64,000 bases of DNA from a bacterium (GTDB lineage: Bacteria; SAR324; NAC60-12). Position 1 is the stretch's first letter, and each line of letters begins with the position of its first letter. The notes under the pieces are model-generated. The model was not told the DNA's origin and searched no databases. It saw only the letters and a program-made list of their open reading frames with translations. Shown one piece after another: positions 21,383 through 30,200 of this stretch. The translations under genes were made by a program, and so were the position numbers. The stretch covers positions 4,128,001-4,192,000 of the forward strand of contig OZ242383.1 in the NCBI GenBank assembly GCA_965209155.1, read 5' to 3'.

Positions 21383-22138
21383 TCACTTCCCTGCGGTTGC
21401 TCCACCGTCAATGACCAAATCGCTGCCGGTGACAAAAGAAGACTCGTCCGAAGCCAGGTAAAGGGCCGCGTAGGCCACGTCTTCCGGCTGGCCCGCGTGG
21501 CCCAGGGGAATACTGTTGAACAGCTCCTTTCGAGATTCCTCCTCCTCCAAAAAGTGGGCGATCATCATTGTTTCGATGTTGGACGGAAGGATGGAGTTGA
21601 CGCGGATCCCTTCCCTGGCGTATTGAACAGCGGTGGACTTGGTCAATAGCCGCATCGCAGCCTTGGACGTGTTGTAGGTGCACGACGTCCCCATGTTGCC
21701 TTCCAGCGCAGCCACCGAAGCGATGTTGATCATGGAGCCGCCACCCGCTTTCCGCATCTCGGGTATAGCGTGTTTTGTCCCCAGAAACGCGCCCTTGGCA
21801 TTTGTATCCAAATCCCGATCCCACTGCTCGCTGGTGATCTCCTCCACCCGAGCGAATCGGCAAGTCCCCGCATTGTTCACCAGCACGTTCAGTTTCCCGA
21901 AGCGGGCGACCGTGGAGGCCACGGCTTGCTGCCACTCGGCCTCGCTGGTAACATCCAACCGGACGAAGAGGCACTCGCCACCGGTTTCATTAATTTCGGT
22001 CTCGGTCTGACGCCCTTCCTCTTCCAGCACGTCTCCAATGACCACTTTGGCCCCTTCCCCGGCAAACAGCGTGGCCATCGCTGCGCCCAGACCCCTGGCT
22101 CCCCCGCTGATAAAAGCGACCTTGTCTTTCAGTCTCAT
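21383..22138 (-). CDS. Short-chain dehydrogenase/reductase
   Basis: SGGARGLG, NNAG, YNTSK (YxxxK), IDGG. Confidence 0.92.
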   Translation of the reverse strand: MRLKDKVAFISGGARGLGAAMATLFAGEGAKVVIGDVLEEEGRQTETEINETGGECLFVRLDVTSEAEWQQAVASTVARFGKLNVLVNNAGTCRFARVEEITSEQWDRDLDTNAKGAFLGTKHAIPEMRKAGGGSMINIASVAALEGNMGTSCTYNTSKAAMRLLTKSTAVQYAREGIRVNSILPSNIETMMIAHFLEEEESRKELFNSIPLGHAGQPEDVAYAALYLASDESSFVTGSDLVIDGGATAGK

Positions 22139-22150
22139 GGTTTCCTTCTT

Positions 22151-22858
22151 TTATTGATGATCGATGGTAGTTTGTCTCCCCGCTAACCACTGGATCCCCC
22201 GTCCCACTACCGTTCGAAAACCGGGGTTTGAGTAGGCGCGGTTATCGTCCCCGCCCTGGTAGCAGAAGACCCTCGCCTTACCGAAGGTCCGCGTCCACGC
22301 GATCGTCTTCATACTCTGGGGATGATCGGTGGTGAGCAGGATGTGGCTATCCTCGTCCGCATCGTCTGCGTGATAGGTCTCGTCGACGATGTCCCACGGC
22401 TCCAGTGTGGCAGTGATGGGATGCCCGGTGTCCGCGACGTCGATGCGCATGGTCTGCTCCAAGGCATACGGTACTGTGCCCCCCTTATGACGCATGCCGC
22501 TCAGCTCTCTCCAGAGCGGCCAGTCGGGGAAGGCTACCAGCGCGTGATGCAGCAGAAATATCCCCTGGTCCCCATCACGGCGAATCCCCTCCAGTATCTC
22601 CTTCAGGCCTCCTCCGCTCTGCTTAGAGGTTCCTGGCTCTGATTTACCATCTTTTTCAGGGGGCGTGCTTTGGTGCCAGTTGAAGAACACGAGTACGTCA
22701 TAGGTCCCTGGACCGCGTGCCGGGTCGGTAATGAAGTCCCACATGTTCTGAGGGTAGACATCGATTTCGGGAAGGGAGCGAAGCATGGACTGGAAGCCGA
22801 CCACGTCATATTCGTGCTCGCCGGTAATCACGGCTGTTTTTATCTTTCCATTCGTCAT
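22151..22858 (-). CDS. ThuA-like (class I glutamine amidotransferase-fold) protein
   Basis: RBS GGAG before ATG 22858. ITGEHEYD, LHHA, HPITA, DETY, AWTRTFGKARVF. Confidence 0.75.
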   Translation of the reverse strand: MTNGKIKTAVITGEHEYDVVGFQSMLRSLPEIDVYPQNMWDFITDPARGPGTYDVLVFFNWHQSTPPEKDGKSEPGTSKQSGGGLKEILEGIRRDGDQGIFLLHHALVAFPDWPLWRELSGMRHKGGTVPYALEQTMRIDVADTGHPITATLEPWDIVDETYHADDADEDSHILLTTDHPQSMKTIAWTRTFGKARVFCYQGGDDNRAYSNPGFRTVVGRGIQWLAGRQTTIDHQ

Positions 22859-22902
22859 GTTTCTGTCTCCTGCATTAGAATAATTAATGATTACAATGAT
22901 AT

Positions 22903-23025
22903 GCCATCCCGGTCCCGGATCAAGTCCGGGATGATCCGGGATCCAGGTACCTGGTAGCGTTGCATACCCGTTCCACGTCGGCCGCTTCCGCGTACGGCTG
23001 GATTCCTGGTCAAGCCAGGAATGAC
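22903..23025. repeat. REP-like palindromic doublet
   Basis: CATCCCGG[TCCCGGATCAAGTCCGGGATGA]TCCGGGATCCAG ... CTGGATTCCTGGTCAAGCCAGGAATGAC. The core is repeated at 54209-54252. Confidence 0.75.
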
Positions 23026-23077
23026 AAAGTTGCGAATACCCAAGGAGAAAAAAAGTACGCACTTTTGCCCTTCGGCA

Positions 23078-24106
23078 CTAGTTGGGCAGCAAGGCCACGG
23101 AACGGACCTCGCCAAACTCCTTTTGCAGCTTTTGCCACGAATCACCCCCGTCTTCGCTCAGGTACACGTAACCGTAGAAGCTGGCCGCGACGATTACGTG
23201 GGGCCGCTCCTTGTGAGTGGCCATCCCATAGATATGCGAGTTGGGCTTTACCGGCAGGGACACCGGTTGCCAACTTTTCCCGGCATCCTGGGTGCGCTGC
23301 ACGGCACCGGTGACACCGGGAATCGTGTCGCCGTTGCCGACAAACATGACATCGGGGTTATCCGCTTTGATGACCATGCCGCGGCAGTAGGACGCACGAG
23401 CTCCTTCATGGAACTTGGGGAAATTGTGGTAATCCCAGCTTTCGCCTTCGTCGTGGCTGGTGGCGATCCCAAAGGGCGAGGTACAGTAGATTGTGGAACG
23501 GGCGCCTGTCTTCAGAGTCAAACTGTGAATGTCGCCATGGAAGGGGTCAGGCCCCAGGTCGGGTAGGTGTGTCCAGGTGTCGCCGCCATCCAGGCTCTTG
23601 TAAACCCCGTCAACTTCCATGCCGGCCCAGATGGTGTCGTTGTTCCTGGGATCTACCATCATGCAGGTGGTCCGCGGCGGTGAGTCAGGAAGTGCGGGAG
23701 ACAGGGGGGTCTTCATGTTTACGCCCATCTGAAGCTTGCTCCAAGTCCGCCCCCCATCCCGGGAGCGGAATCCCTCGGGTCGCGTGCCCACGAAGAGGGT
23801 GTCCGGGTCCGTAGGATCGACAGTGACCGACCAGATTTCAAGGCCCGCTGTGGGAGCATCCAGGTTTTCCCAGGTCGTGCCGCCATCGTCGCTGCGGAAA
23901 ACGCCCACCTGGGATGAGGGTAATAATTGATGACCATCAACCCCGGCCAATACCCGCCGGGGGTTGGATGGATCCACGCACAACGCCCTGACGTTGGACT
24001 CATGCCAGATAGGCTGATAGATGGGGGTCCAGGATTCACCGCCATCGGCACTCACGTTCAGCCCTTGGCCGACAGTGCCGATGAGGATTGTATAATTTTT
24101 TGCCAT
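23078..24106 (-). CDS. BNR/Asp-box beta-propeller protein (cytoplasmic)
   Basis: Repeated Asp boxes SADGGESW, SDDGGTTW, SRDGGRTW, SLDGGDTW, SEDGGDSW. No signal peptide. Confidence 0.85.
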   Translation of the reverse strand: MAKNYTILIGTVGQGLNVSADGGESWTPIYQPIWHESNVRALCVDPSNPRRVLAGVDGHQLLPSSQVGVFRSDDGGTTWENLDAPTAGLEIWSVTVDPTDPDTLFVGTRPEGFRSRDGGRTWSKLQMGVNMKTPLSPALPDSPPRTTCMMVDPRNNDTIWAGMEVDGVYKSLDGGDTWTHLPDLGPDPFHGDIHSLTLKTGARSTIYCTSPFGIATSHDEGESWDYHNFPKFHEGARASYCRGMVIKADNPDVMFVGNGDTIPGVTGAVQRTQDAGKSWQPVSLPVKPNSHIYGMATHKERPHVIVAASFYGYVYLSEDGGDSWQKLQKEFGEVRSVALLPN

Positions 24107-24120
24107 GTTGCGTTTCCTTT

Positions 24121-24277
24121 CCAAAAATCATGAAGCTCTCTTTTGTTGAGACCCGCCATAGCGCCCTGCAGCACCCCGCAACCGGGGGTCGAGCAAATCC
24201 CTGAGGGCGTCGCTGAAAATATTGAGGCCGTAGACGGTGATCACCGGAATGAGGGCGTTGGGAAGCGCATGCCGGAG
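24121..24277 (-). pseudogene. Fused remnants of two ABC permease genes
   Basis: 24121-24236 matches 35571-35686 (dppC-like 3' end). 24233-24277 is identical to 36791-36835 (dppB-like internal segment). Confidence 0.9.
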
Positions 24278-24314
24278 TCGGGGAATGAGATCGCTCCATT
24301 CCCCGATGGGCTCA

Positions 24315-26102
24315 TTACTGTCCCAATATTTCTGCCTTTAAATCGCTGTTGATCCATGCACGAGCGAAAATCCCGCCTACAGAAAAACAACAGGTATCAT
24401 TAGTTTCGCCGGCGTAGTTCTCTACCCATGGCCAGTAAGCCATGGTTACCATTGGAGTTGGTGCATAGGCCACATAAGCTTTCGACAGCCACAACTGGTT
24501 CAAACCCTTCATGATCTTGTTCGCTTCAACGGGGTCCACTGTTTGTGACCACTTTGCATAAATCTCGTTTAATTCAGGGTCATCAACCACCGCGGTTTGA
24601 TAAGTTGCCCACTCTTCAATTGCAAACGTGGAAAGAGTTTGTCCCGGAAGGCCAACTGAGTTAGCAAGAAAAGTCATCGGCGCATGATTATTTTTTAGAA
24701 GCATTCCATCCAAAGTAGTCGAATCCCGCAGATCAATTTTAACGTCGATTCCGATATCCTTCCACATAGCTGCCAGAAAAGATACCACATCTCGCTCAGG
24801 CTCCCGTGAATATGCTTGTATGGTAGTCTCAAAACCGTTCGGGTAGCCTGCCTCGGCTAATAGTTGCCTCGCACGCTCAGGGTTATACTCAAAATTTTCC
24901 TGAGTTGATCGCGGTAGCTCCTCCATAGGAGTAAAGAGAGTCCTTGGAAGTTCTGCATGGAGCTCAGCGTTTAAAATCAATCCAGCACCTCCCTGAATGG
25001 TATTGATAAAGGCTTCTCGATCTATAGCCATGCTGATTGCTTTGCGCACCCTGATATCGTCAAAGGGCTTCACATCCAGCCTCATGCCGATTCTCCAGGC
25101 TCTCTCTGCCGCTCTCTCGATCATCTTTATTTTGGGACTTGATCTTTTTACCGAGTCGACGAACTTTTTTTCGAGTACATCATACACGTCAATCTTCCCT
25201 GTTCGTAACGCAGCGACCTGGGAGGATTTATCCTGTATTACAGTTTTTACCAGGCGGTCGATAAACGGAATCTCGTATTTCTTGTCATTGAATACGTAAC
25301 TGTCCCAGTAATTGGGATTCCTTGTGTAAGATACCAAGCTGCCTTCCACGACGTCCTCGAGATGAAACGGGCCTGTCCCCAGCCCCACATGAGTCTTCCA
25401 GTCTTTCATAGCCTCGTCCGTCAGCTCACGAGGTACGATGGACGCCCCACCCCAATGCGCGAATCCAAAGTAATGCCACCATTCAGCATTGAAGGCTTTA
25501 TTCTTTATTGTAAGCGTGTACCTATCCGTAGCTGTTACCGACTCCACGTCTTGAAATACTGGCACATCATAGCGCGTCCAACCCAATTCAAAGCTATAAA
25601 CGATATCCTCCGCTGTCAGCTCCCTTGATTTCATGACTCCCGGCTTGCCCGACCACATGACTCCCCGACGTAGTGTGAAAATAATTGTGTTCGCATCGGG
25701 TAACGACCAGCTTTCAGCCAACCGACCTCTTAGGAAATCCAAAGGAAACCCTTGAGAGTGATAAAAACCAGTAATCCCTGAGCCGCGTGGCCCAAACTTC
25801 TCAATGTCTGCATGCAAAAGGGACTCATACATCGGTTCATGATAAATACCTGTCGTCCACTGACTGCCTTCTCCTTTGTGCCAGGCTGTAGGCGGAAAAG
25901 CCGCTCCATATCCATCCAGGAATGTAATACTCCCACCGTATTGCGGCCCGGCGTTCTTTGCCGCCTCCGACGAAAAACCAATTATTTCGGCTGCCCAGGC
26001 CGGGCTGCCCAAGAAGCCTGCTCCTCCCAGGATGAGGGCCAGCAGGGTTGTCCTGAAGGTTGATTTGCGGTTTAGATTAAACATAGCGATTATTGTTTTC
26101 AT
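24315..26102 (-). CDS. ABC transporter substrate-binding protein, family 5
   Basis: Signal peptide ending AWA. LAESW, GTGPF, NPNYW, RVRKAISMAIDR, ARQLLAEAGYPNGF. Alternative in-frame start at 26168. Confidence 0.9.
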   Translation of the reverse strand: MKTIIAMFNLNRKSTFRTTLLALILGGAGFLGSPAWAAEIIGFSSEAAKNAGPQYGGSITFLDGYGAAFPPTAWHKGEGSQWTTGIYHEPMYESLLHADIEKFGPRGSGITGFYHSQGFPLDFLRGRLAESWSLPDANTIIFTLRRGVMWSGKPGVMKSRELTAEDIVYSFELGWTRYDVPVFQDVESVTATDRYTLTIKNKAFNAEWWHYFGFAHWGGASIVPRELTDEAMKDWKTHVGLGTGPFHLEDVVEGSLVSYTRNPNYWDSYVFNDKKYEIPFIDRLVKTVIQDKSSQVAALRTGKIDVYDVLEKKFVDSVKRSSPKIKMIERAAERAWRIGMRLDVKPFDDIRVRKAISMAIDREAFINTIQGGAGLILNAELHAELPRTLFTPMEELPRSTQENFEYNPERARQLLAEAGYPNGFETTIQAYSREPERDVVSFLAAMWKDIGIDVKIDLRDSTTLDGMLLKNNHAPMTFLANSVGLPGQTLSTFAIEEWATYQTAVVDDPELNEIYAKWSQTVDPVEANKIMKGLNQLWLSKAYVAYAPTPMVTMAYWPWVENYAGETNDTCCFSVGGIFARAWINSDLKAEILGQ

Positions 26103-26377
26103 TAGGATTCTCCTTAAAAAAAATGAATGAATAAATGGCATTAACAGAATAGCGATTTTCGATTTCATAAGATTCTCCTTAAAAAAATAAATGACAAAAT
26201 GACGCTCTCACGCGCCCATCAGCTGTTGCAAAACGGGTTTTATTCCATAGGCATTTCCTCCTTATCATCGGTTTTTCAGTAATAAAAAAGCTCTATAATC
26301 AGGAAGAACCCCCCTAATCACTGAAAGCTAAGAGCTAACAGTCAAAACTTCATTGCCCCCTGCCGTGAGTCTTTAGC

Positions 26378-26393
26378 TTCAAAAGTCATGCCA
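26378..26393 (-). promoter_or_regulatory. Putative sigma54 -24/-12 promoter
   Basis: TGGCATGACTTTTGAA versus consensus TGGCACGNNNNTTGC (GA instead of GC at -12). Lies upstream of the SBP gene and near a sigma54 activator gene. Confidence 0.55.
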
Positions 26394-26479
26394 CTCGCTC
26401 GAAACGCAGGATTGGTGGGGGCTGAGGCAACTTGTGAGAAAGGAGGCTGCCAGTTTTGAGGTGATTTTTTGGTAAAATC

Positions 26480-26596
26480 GGGCATTTTTGCCCTTCTTAA
26501 ACACAAAAAATGGTGGATATTCGGCAGTAATGCATTGATATTAAACACTAATCCGAGATTCGGGCAGAAATGCCCGATCACTGGGCAGAAATGCCC
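26480..26596. promoter_or_regulatory. Three GGGCA-N4-TGCCC palindromes (putative UAS) and an IHF-consensus site
   Basis: Palindromes at 26480-26493, 26562-26575 and 26583-26596. TATCAATGCATTA (WATCAANNNNTTR) on the minus strand at 26528-26540. Confidence 0.65.
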
Positions 26597-26791
26597 GATT
26601 TGATTTTATTTGATGAATTTACGTCCTTTGGGCAGGGATCCGAATGCGGCCCAGCCTAAAATGAAGAAGGCTTTCACCTCAGATATGAGTTCTACCATGG
26701 GGAGGTTTACGCCTACCCATCCTCATGATTGCAGGAAAGAGGGAACAGTGATAAATTGAGGGAGAATGAAGCCACGCTTTTGAGAAAACAG

Positions 26792-26857
26792 ATGAAACTA
26801 CCTTATGGGATCAGCAATTTTGCCCGTTTGAATGATACTTACAACAGATCCAATTGA
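26792..26857 (+). pseudogene. N-terminal stub of an AAA-ATPase-like / PD-(D/E)XK nuclease family gene
   Basis: MKLPYGISNFARL resembles the characteristic N-terminus of that family. Stops after 21 aa. Confidence 0.5.
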
Positions 26858-26867
26858 GGAAAGAACA

Positions 26868-27089
26868 ATGACATTAACGATAGAGTTACCCGACACATTG
26901 ACTCAACAATTTCGTGAACGACAGATTCCTGAAAAAGAAATAGAAGCCGTAGTCTTAGCGACTTTAGAAATCTGGCTGGCTCAACAGAAATCAGAAACGG
27001 GTGACCGTTTCACTGAAAGTGCTGTGCCTTTCATCCGGCGGCTAATTGCACAAAATCGCGAACTTTTTGAAAGATTGGCGCAACGATAA
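26868..27089 (+). CDS. Small protein, antitoxin-like
   Basis: RBS GAGGA. MTLTIELPD N-terminus and NRELFERLAQ C-terminus. No toxin ORF follows. Confidence 0.55.
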   Translation: MTLTIELPDTLTQQFRERQIPEKEIEAVVLATLEIWLAQQKSETGDRFTESAVPFIRRLIAQNRELFERLAQR

Positions 27090-27225
27090 TCATGGCTGAG
27101 ATTCAAAAACCGTGAACCGTGCTATTCATCGTAAGCAAGGGCTTCTGCAAGATAATCCTCTGCTGAGAAAAGAGTATCAGGGAATGACCAATGCCTCCTG
27201 ACTGGGCATAAATGCCCTATTCGAT

Positions 27226-30200
27226 TTATGAGGGTTTTAGGTGGTACTGTTTTATTTTTCGATACAAGGTTTTAGGATTAACCTCCAGAAGGGCTGAAAC
27301 TTTGCTCTGTTGCCAGTCATTATCGTCCAGCACCCTGGTCAAATACAGTTTTTCGAATCGCTTCATAGTGGCATCCAAGGATTCATTGGTTTCACGCGCC
27401 TCAACTGAGACCGGTAGTTCTGTTTGGCTGGCATCGACTAAAGAGGAATCGAGGAAGTCGAGTTTCTTGAGCGTCAGGTAGCGATGCATGGTGTTGATCA
27501 GTTCCCTGACGTTTCCCGGCCAATCATAGGAGGTCAGAGCTTCCATAACAGCGACAGTGATCGTGGGCAGGTTCTTTGAGGAAGGGTAGTTTTGCATAAA
27601 ATGCTCGATCAAAAGGGGGATATCCTCTTTACGTTCCCGGAGAGGCGGCAAGTGAATGGGGATAATGTGGATGCGGTAGAAGAAATCCTCCCGCATCAAA
27701 CCCTTTTTTATCTGCTCTTTTAAATCCTTATTGGTGGCGGCAATGACGCGAAAATCGGAGATTTCCGCTTTAAGGCCGCCTACTGGCGTGAACCCTCTGC
27801 CCTCAACAGCACGCAGCAGTTTGGCTTGCAGGTTGGGGCCGATTTCGCCCAATTCATCCAGGAAAAGCGTGCCTTTGTCTGCCAAATGGAGCAGGCCCAG
27901 CTTATCTGTGTTGGCTCCGGTAAAGGCCCCTTTTTTGTAGCCGAAAAACTCACTTTCCAAGAGGGTTTCCGCAACGCCGCCGGCGTTGACAGCAACAAAG
28001 GGTTTTTCTTTTCTATCACTCATCTCATGGATAGCTTCGGCCACCAGTTCTTTCCCGGTCCCTGATTCACCATAGACAATGACACCCGCATCGCTAGCCG
28101 CCGCCTTTAAGATCAATTCATAAATCTTTTGCATCACGGGGCTTTTGCCGATAATCTTTCCGAAGCGATAACGCTCCTTGATATTGGCCTTCAGGCGGAC
28201 ATTTTCCTCACGCAAGGAGGTTTCGCTCGCTTTCAGTTCGTCCATCGCCTTTTTGAGGTTTTCGTGAAGCCTGGTATTTTCCAGGGAAATGGCGATCTGG
28301 GAGCTAAGGTGCTTGACCACCTCGAGTCGCCGGGAGGTGAAGGCTCCCTCAACCATGTTGTTTTCCAGGTAAATGATGCCGGTCAAGGCGGACTGAAGAG
28401 TGATCGGTGCGCACAGGATGGATTTAGGACGCTCCCTCCGGATATAATCATCTATGGCAAACCGTTCTTCCCGGGCGGCGTTGTCCAAAACCAGGTGCTC
28501 CTGGGTTTGTTTCACCCAGGAGATGACCGAGAGGGAGAGGGACCCAACCTTTTCCACAGGCAAAGAAAGCGGCAGGAAATATTCGACCTGCTCGGCACTG
28601 CCACGGGCAGCGATGAGAGACTGAGCTTCGGTTTCCAGTATCAGGGCTGCTGTCTGGGCCCCGGCATTTTCTATGAGAATACCAAGCAGGATCTCCAGCA
28701 GCGGTTCCAACTCGAGGGTACTGGAGATGGCCTCCGAGGCTTTGAGAATCGTCGCCAGGTCCAGGTTGGCCGAAGGAGACGCCGCTTCAGCACGATCATC
28801 GACAATCAACCCGGGATATCGAGACTTCAGGTGCGCGACCTTCCGTTTTGCCCCCCAGGCTTCGTATTTTTCCATTGCTGAGCGCAGGTAAGCCCAGGCG
28901 GCGTCGCTCCGACCCTGGTTGAGCAAGTACCTGGCAGCCAGTTCATTGGCCAAGGCTTCCTCGTGGATAAATTCGCTCTCCCTGGCCAAAGCGATGGCCT
29001 GGTCATAGTGGTGCATAATGGCATCGGGTTCACCCTCCAAAACCCGCAACCGTTCGGCTTCCACCAGGTGGTATTTATGCAAATAATTAGACGGTGCGCA
29101 GCGCGCCAGTTTCTCCAACGTCTCCTGATGGCCATGAACCTGGGTGAGGATCTCCTCCTTTTCCCCCTCGCTCCCCTGGCTGTAAACCGCCAGGAGAGCG
29201 AGGGAGAGGTAGCAGTTGACCAGGGGATCCATAAGGGCATCCTTGTAGGTTTTCATCAGTTTGATCATTTCAAAAACCGTCTCCCGGGCTGCTTCGTATT
29301 CTTCGAACAGGTATAGCAGCACCAGCTTTTGGTAATTAAAACTGATCTGTTCATGATAGACGAACTCCGCACCCATCACCCTGTGGTAATGATCCATGAT
29401 GCCGCTCGACAGGCTCGAAGGCTCCTCCATCAGAATCATGATTGCCTTCGTCAGCATTTCCACCTGGGGAGACCCGAGAATATAATCGATCTTCTTGAGA
29501 GCAAGCTTCAACGTCGACAATTCCCCTTTCAGCCAATTCAGTTCTTTTCCGCACATAAAGGCAATCTGACATCTTACGACAGCGCTACGACCGGCATTGA
29601 AAAAATCTCCCGTCTCGATTCCCATCTTATGAGCTTCCAGCAAGGGCTCCAATGATGCCGATAGCGGTTCCCGGTAGGACCGAGTCCCACCATTGAAACC
29701 CTCGGAAACTCTACAGTTAATTTCCTTCAGATCAAGCGCTTCCATGAGCTGTATGCCCAGACTGCCGAGTTCATAACCAAATTCAAAATCCTGCATAAAC
29801 TCGCAATATATCGTTGCAAGGAGACCATAGGATTCGGGTGAATGTTTCGGATGAAAATTATTCAGCAGAAAAGAGATGCGTTTTGAAGCGATGGGCTGCC
29901 AAAGACCGTTATCCAAAGTAACCCCAGCCTCGCCATAGGCCACATGGAGCTCATAGAGGATAGGGACAAGGACCTCGGCATCCTGTTGGGTGAGCGGCTC
30001 AAAGCGCATCACGTCTGCGACGCTTTTACCGGCCAGGCCGGGTTTGATTTGAACGAGGGTCTGCTGCCACTGGTCGAGAGACAGACGGCTCAGTTGATAC
30101 CCCAGTTTCTCCAGAATCTCCTCGCCCGTTTCCATGGCCTTCTTTAATTCACCCTGGTTGGTGTACGCCTTGATCAGGCATTGATAAACATTGGCCAGGT

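Noticed and set aside
22859..23062. N-terminal extension of the ThuA-like ORF shown in the ORF track
   Set aside because: It runs through a REP-like repeat, and a good RBS precedes ATG 22858.
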